Assembly: GCA_965237525.1 (NCBI GenBank)
Contig: CBDEFO010000004.1
Coordinates: 320,001 to 384,000, forward strand
DNA from: Candidatus Latescibacterota bacterium
GTDB taxonomy: Bacteria > Latescibacterota > CBDEFO01
Length of the DNA stretch: 64,000 nt
Direction of reading: 5' to 3'
The notes under the pieces are model-generated. The model did not search any database and was not told the origin of the DNA. It saw only the letters and a list, made by a program, of their open reading frames with translations. Position 1 is the stretch's first letter. Every line of letters starts with the position of its first letter. A program made the position numbers and the translations under genes. Positions 59,492 through 64,000 of the stretch are shown here, in pieces.

Positions 59492-61024
59492 GTGGCTATA
59501 AGAAGTCTGGACGTAAGACCCGACGAAGTCTCCAATATATTAAAGAAGAATATTTTGGAGTTCGATAAGGAAGTTGATGTCTACGATTCAGGGACTGTCC
59601 TTCAGGTGGGAGACGGCATCGCTCGTCTGCACGGACTTGCCAACGTTATGGCAAGCGAACTTGTGGAGTTCCCGGACGGCACTATGGGAATGGTGCTCAA
59701 CTTAGAGGAGGATAATGTCGGCTGTGTAATCTTCGGCGAGGATATACACATCAAGGAGGGCGACACTGTAAAGCGAACAGGCAGAATCGTCCAGATCCCG
59801 GTGGGCGAAGAGATGCTCGGAAGAGTCGTCAATCCCCTGGGAGAGCCTATAGACGGGAAAGGCGCGATTGAGGCTAAGGACTATTTACCAGTCGAACGCA
59901 AAGCCCTCGGAGTCGTCCAACGTCAGCCGGTGGTCCAGCCTGTCCAGACAGGGCTTAAAGCAATAGACAGTATGACTCCGATCGGAAGGGGTCAAAGGGA
60001 ACTTATAATCGGCGATAGACAGACGGGAAAGACCGCCATAATAATTGACACTATCATAAACCAAAAAAGCGAAGATGTATTCTGCATATATGTCGCCATC
60101 GGACAGAAGGCATCTTCGGTTGCAAAGGTCGCAAAGACGCTGGATGATCACGGTGCGATGGACTATACCATAATCATCTCAGCGTCGGCTAATCAGCCCG
60201 CACCTTTGCAGTTCTTAGCCCCCTATTCGGGTGCCACGATGGGAGAATACTTCAGGGACAGCGGAAGGCACGCCCTTGTAGCTTACGATGACCTTACAAA
60301 ACACGCCTGGGCCTATCGCCAGATGTCTCTGCTTCTGAGGAGACCTCCCGGAAGGGAAGCGTATCCTGGAGACGTCTTCTATCTTCACTCGCGGCTTTTG
60401 GAAAGGGCAGCCAAACTCAGCGACGACCTGGAGGGCGGATCACTGACGGCTCTGCCCGTGATCGAGACGCAGGAGGGAGATGTTTCCACGTACATCCCTA
60501 CCAACGTCATCTCGATTACGGACGGGCAGATATATCTGGAGCCTGACCTCTTCTACTCGGGCGTCAGGCCCGCCATAAACGTCGGCATTTCAGTCTCCCG
60601 AGTTGGGGGCAACGCCCAGATAAAGGCCTTCAGACAGGTAGCGGGAAGGCTGCGGCTCGACCTTGCCAGATTCAGAGAGGTAGAAGCATTCTCCCAGTTC
60701 GGCTCAGATCTGGACAGCGCCACACAGGCGCAGTTAAACAGAGGACAGAAGCTCGTTGAAATCCTCAAGCAAGATCAGTACGTCCCCATGTCTGTAGAAA
60801 AGCAGGTCGTAGCGGTCTTCGCCGGAAACCAAGGCTATCTGGACGACATACCGCTCGAAGAGGTCAAGCGTTTTGAGGCCGAATTCCTCCAATTTATGGA
60901 CGAAAACAAGCGTGACATATTAGACGAAATAGTCGAAAGGAAAGAGATCACGGACGAAAACGAGGAAAAGCTGAGAGCAGCCATTGAGGAGTTTAAAGAG
61001 AAGTTCCGAGTGCATCCAGCTTAA
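59492..61024 (+). CDS. atpA: F1 subunit alpha
   Basis: [20 protein letters not shown]. Confidence 0.98.
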   Translation: MAIRSLDVRPDEVSNILKKNILEFDKEVDVYDSGTVLQVGDGIARLHGLANVMASELVEFPDGTMGMVLNLEEDNVGCVIFGEDIHIKEGDTVKRTGRIVQIPVGEEMLGRVVNPLGEPIDGKGAIEAKDYLPVERKALGVVQRQPVVQPVQTGLKAIDSMTPIGRGQRELIIGDRQTGKTAIIIDTIINQKSEDVFCIYVAIGQKASSVAKVAKTLDDHGAMDYTIIISASANQPAPLQFLAPYSGATMGEYFRDSGRHALVAYDDLTKHAWAYRQMSLLLRRPPGREAYPGDVFYLHSRLLERAAKLSDDLEGGSLTALPVIETQEGDVSTYIPTNVISITDGQIYLEPDLFYSGVRPAINVGISVSRVGGNAQIKAFRQVAGRLRLDLARFREVEAFSQFGSDLDSATQAQLNRGQKLVEILKQDQYVPMSVEKQVVAVFAGNQGYLDDIPLEEVKRFEAEFLQFMDENKRDILDEIVERKEITDENEEKLRAAIEEFKEKFRVHPA

Positions 61025-61048
61025 TCCCTATCTTCTGGAGAGGTCACA

Positions 61049-61915
61049 ATGCCCAACCTTCGCGCCATAAGGAGACGCATAATGAGCGTGCAGAACATCC
61101 AGCAGGTCACAAATGCGATGAGGATGGTCGCCGCCGCCAGGATGAGAAGGGCGCAGGAGAGGATGTTTGCAGCGCGCCCGTACTCCGGCAAGATAGATAC
61201 GCTCCTTAGACACCTGATATCCAGAGTCAAGACATCCGAGCATCCTCTTTTGGTAGAGCGCCCTCCCGAAAGGCCCGAAAGGATATGCCTTGTCGTGGTC
61301 ACGGCCGACAGGGGGCTCTGCGGAAGCTTCAACAGCAATTTGATAAGACGAGCTGCAACTCATATAGAAGAATACGGCGCTGCGAAGGTGAGCCTCATCT
61401 GCGTGGGGAGAAGGGGAAGAGACTATTTCACAAGAAGGGACTACGAAATCATAGGAGAGCACGTCAACATCTTCAACAACCTCGAATTTTCACACGCAGA
61501 GGCTGTAGTCGAAGAGGTAATTCCCCTCTACTCCGAGTCCCAATACGACAGAATAGATATCGTCTACAACGAGTTCAAATCCGTCATACAGCAGAACATA
61601 GTCGCCCAACAATATCTGCCCATAGTTCCCGAAGAACCTGTAGGCGACGAGCTTTTCATAGACTATCTATATGAGCCGTCCAAAGACGAAATTCTCGAAA
61701 GTCTACTGCCGCTGCATCTCAACGTCCAGATGTGGCAGGTGCTCCTGGAATCCAACGCGGCAGAGCAGGCGGCAAGGATGACCGCGATGGAGAACGCCAC
61801 CAAGAACGCCGGTGAACTGATAGATGAACTCACACTTTTCAGGAATAAGGTCAGACAGACGTCCATCACGATGGAGTTAGCCGACATCGTGGGAGGCGCT
61901 GAGGCGCTCTCGTAG
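61049..61915 (+). CDS. atpG: F1 subunit gamma
   Basis: DRGLCGSFN, ARMTAMENAT, RQTSIT. Confidence 0.97.
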   Translation: MPNLRAIRRRIMSVQNIQQVTNAMRMVAAARMRRAQERMFAARPYSGKIDTLLRHLISRVKTSEHPLLVERPPERPERICLVVVTADRGLCGSFNSNLIRRAATHIEEYGAAKVSLICVGRRGRDYFTRRDYEIIGEHVNIFNNLEFSHAEAVVEEVIPLYSESQYDRIDIVYNEFKSVIQQNIVAQQYLPIVPEEPVGDELFIDYLYEPSKDEILESLLPLHLNVQMWQVLLESNAAEQAARMTAMENATKNAGELIDELTLFRNKVRQTSITMELADIVGGAEALS

Positions 61916-62136
61916 GGACAGACTTATGTCTGAAATCAATAAGGCGTTATGAAATCTGGCGGAACATCCACTGCGAATTGCAAGTCTTACTGTCAGTCAG
62001 CAGAAGCAAGAGGACATTTGAGAAAGCTCAACAAATCTAAAGTCTGTAAAGGTAACAGAACTTTACATATTGGAAAATTGACTATATAGAACCAATAGAA
62101 AGGAGGGTGGCTCTCCTCTGATACTTGTCCCCATGA

Positions 62137-63585
<1,449 letters not shown>

Positions 63586-63588
63586 ACT

Positions 63589-63993
63589 ATGTCCTTCAAG
63601 CTCGAAATAGTGACACCAGAGCGCATCCTCTTCTCAGGCGATGTCGAGGCATTGAGGGCCCCGGGCACGGAGGGGGACTTTGAGATCTTAACTGGACATA
63701 TTCCCCTCCTTTCGTCCTTGAGGACTGGTGAGATCAGTTTTAGGGAAAATGGAAAAGATAGGAGATACGCCGCTATTTCGAGCGGCTTTGCTGAGGTTCT
63801 CAGAACTGGTGTCACAGTCCTTGCCCAGACAGCGGAATTCTCCGATGAAATAGATGCCGAGCGCGCAGAGGCCGCAAGGGCAAGGGCAAGGGAGCGTATC
63901 AGAGTAAAAGATCCAGGAATCGACATCCCCCGCGCCGAATCCGCTTTGGAGAGAACCCTTAACCGGTTAAGAGTGGCTGCAAGAGGATATTGA
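63589..63993 (+). CDS. atpC: F1 subunit epsilon
   Basis: LEIVTPE, ILTGHIP, SGFAEV. Confidence 0.96.
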   Translation: MSFKLEIVTPERILFSGDVEALRAPGTEGDFEILTGHIPLLSSLRTGEISFRENGKDRRYAAISSGFAEVLRTGVTVLAQTAEFSDEIDAERAEAARARARERIRVKDPGIDIPRAESALERTLNRLRVAARGY

Positions 63994-64000
63994 CCCTGTC

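Overview
Bacterial chromosomal window, probably from an FCB-group organism. SprA, the His-rich signal-peptide AtpB and the CBM9-like secreted protein suggest a Latescibacterota-like host; this is inference only. Left to right: the 3' part of sprA; pilM/pilN-like genes; a ~3.2 kb decayed integron-cassette-like island (attC-like sites, HicAB remnants, and an intact ~600-aa TerB-like/2xSAP/PD-(D/E)XK protein); rtcA; a sugar/polyol catabolism region (four Zn-dependent dehydrogenases, cupin, SuhB, amidohydrolase); lpxB; mazG; moaC-mog; an internalin-like LRR lipoprotein; and a ~26 kb nuo-atp gene run that lacks nuoB, nuoG and nuoI. Two IS families are present. One is a 1302-bp rve/DDE element (3 copies, GGTT..AACC ends) that in all three cases sits in an intergenic AGTAGAC heptamer repeat. 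The other is a 1519-bp IS1182-like element (2 copies, CTAA target). Intergenic spaces are filled with a modular, nested set of REP-like palindromes. Main highlights: repeat-targeting by the DDE IS, a secretin-N0/STN-like domain inserted in NuoJ, the cassette-borne candidate defence nuclease, and a repeat mosaic read in frame as the N-terminus of an antiporter.
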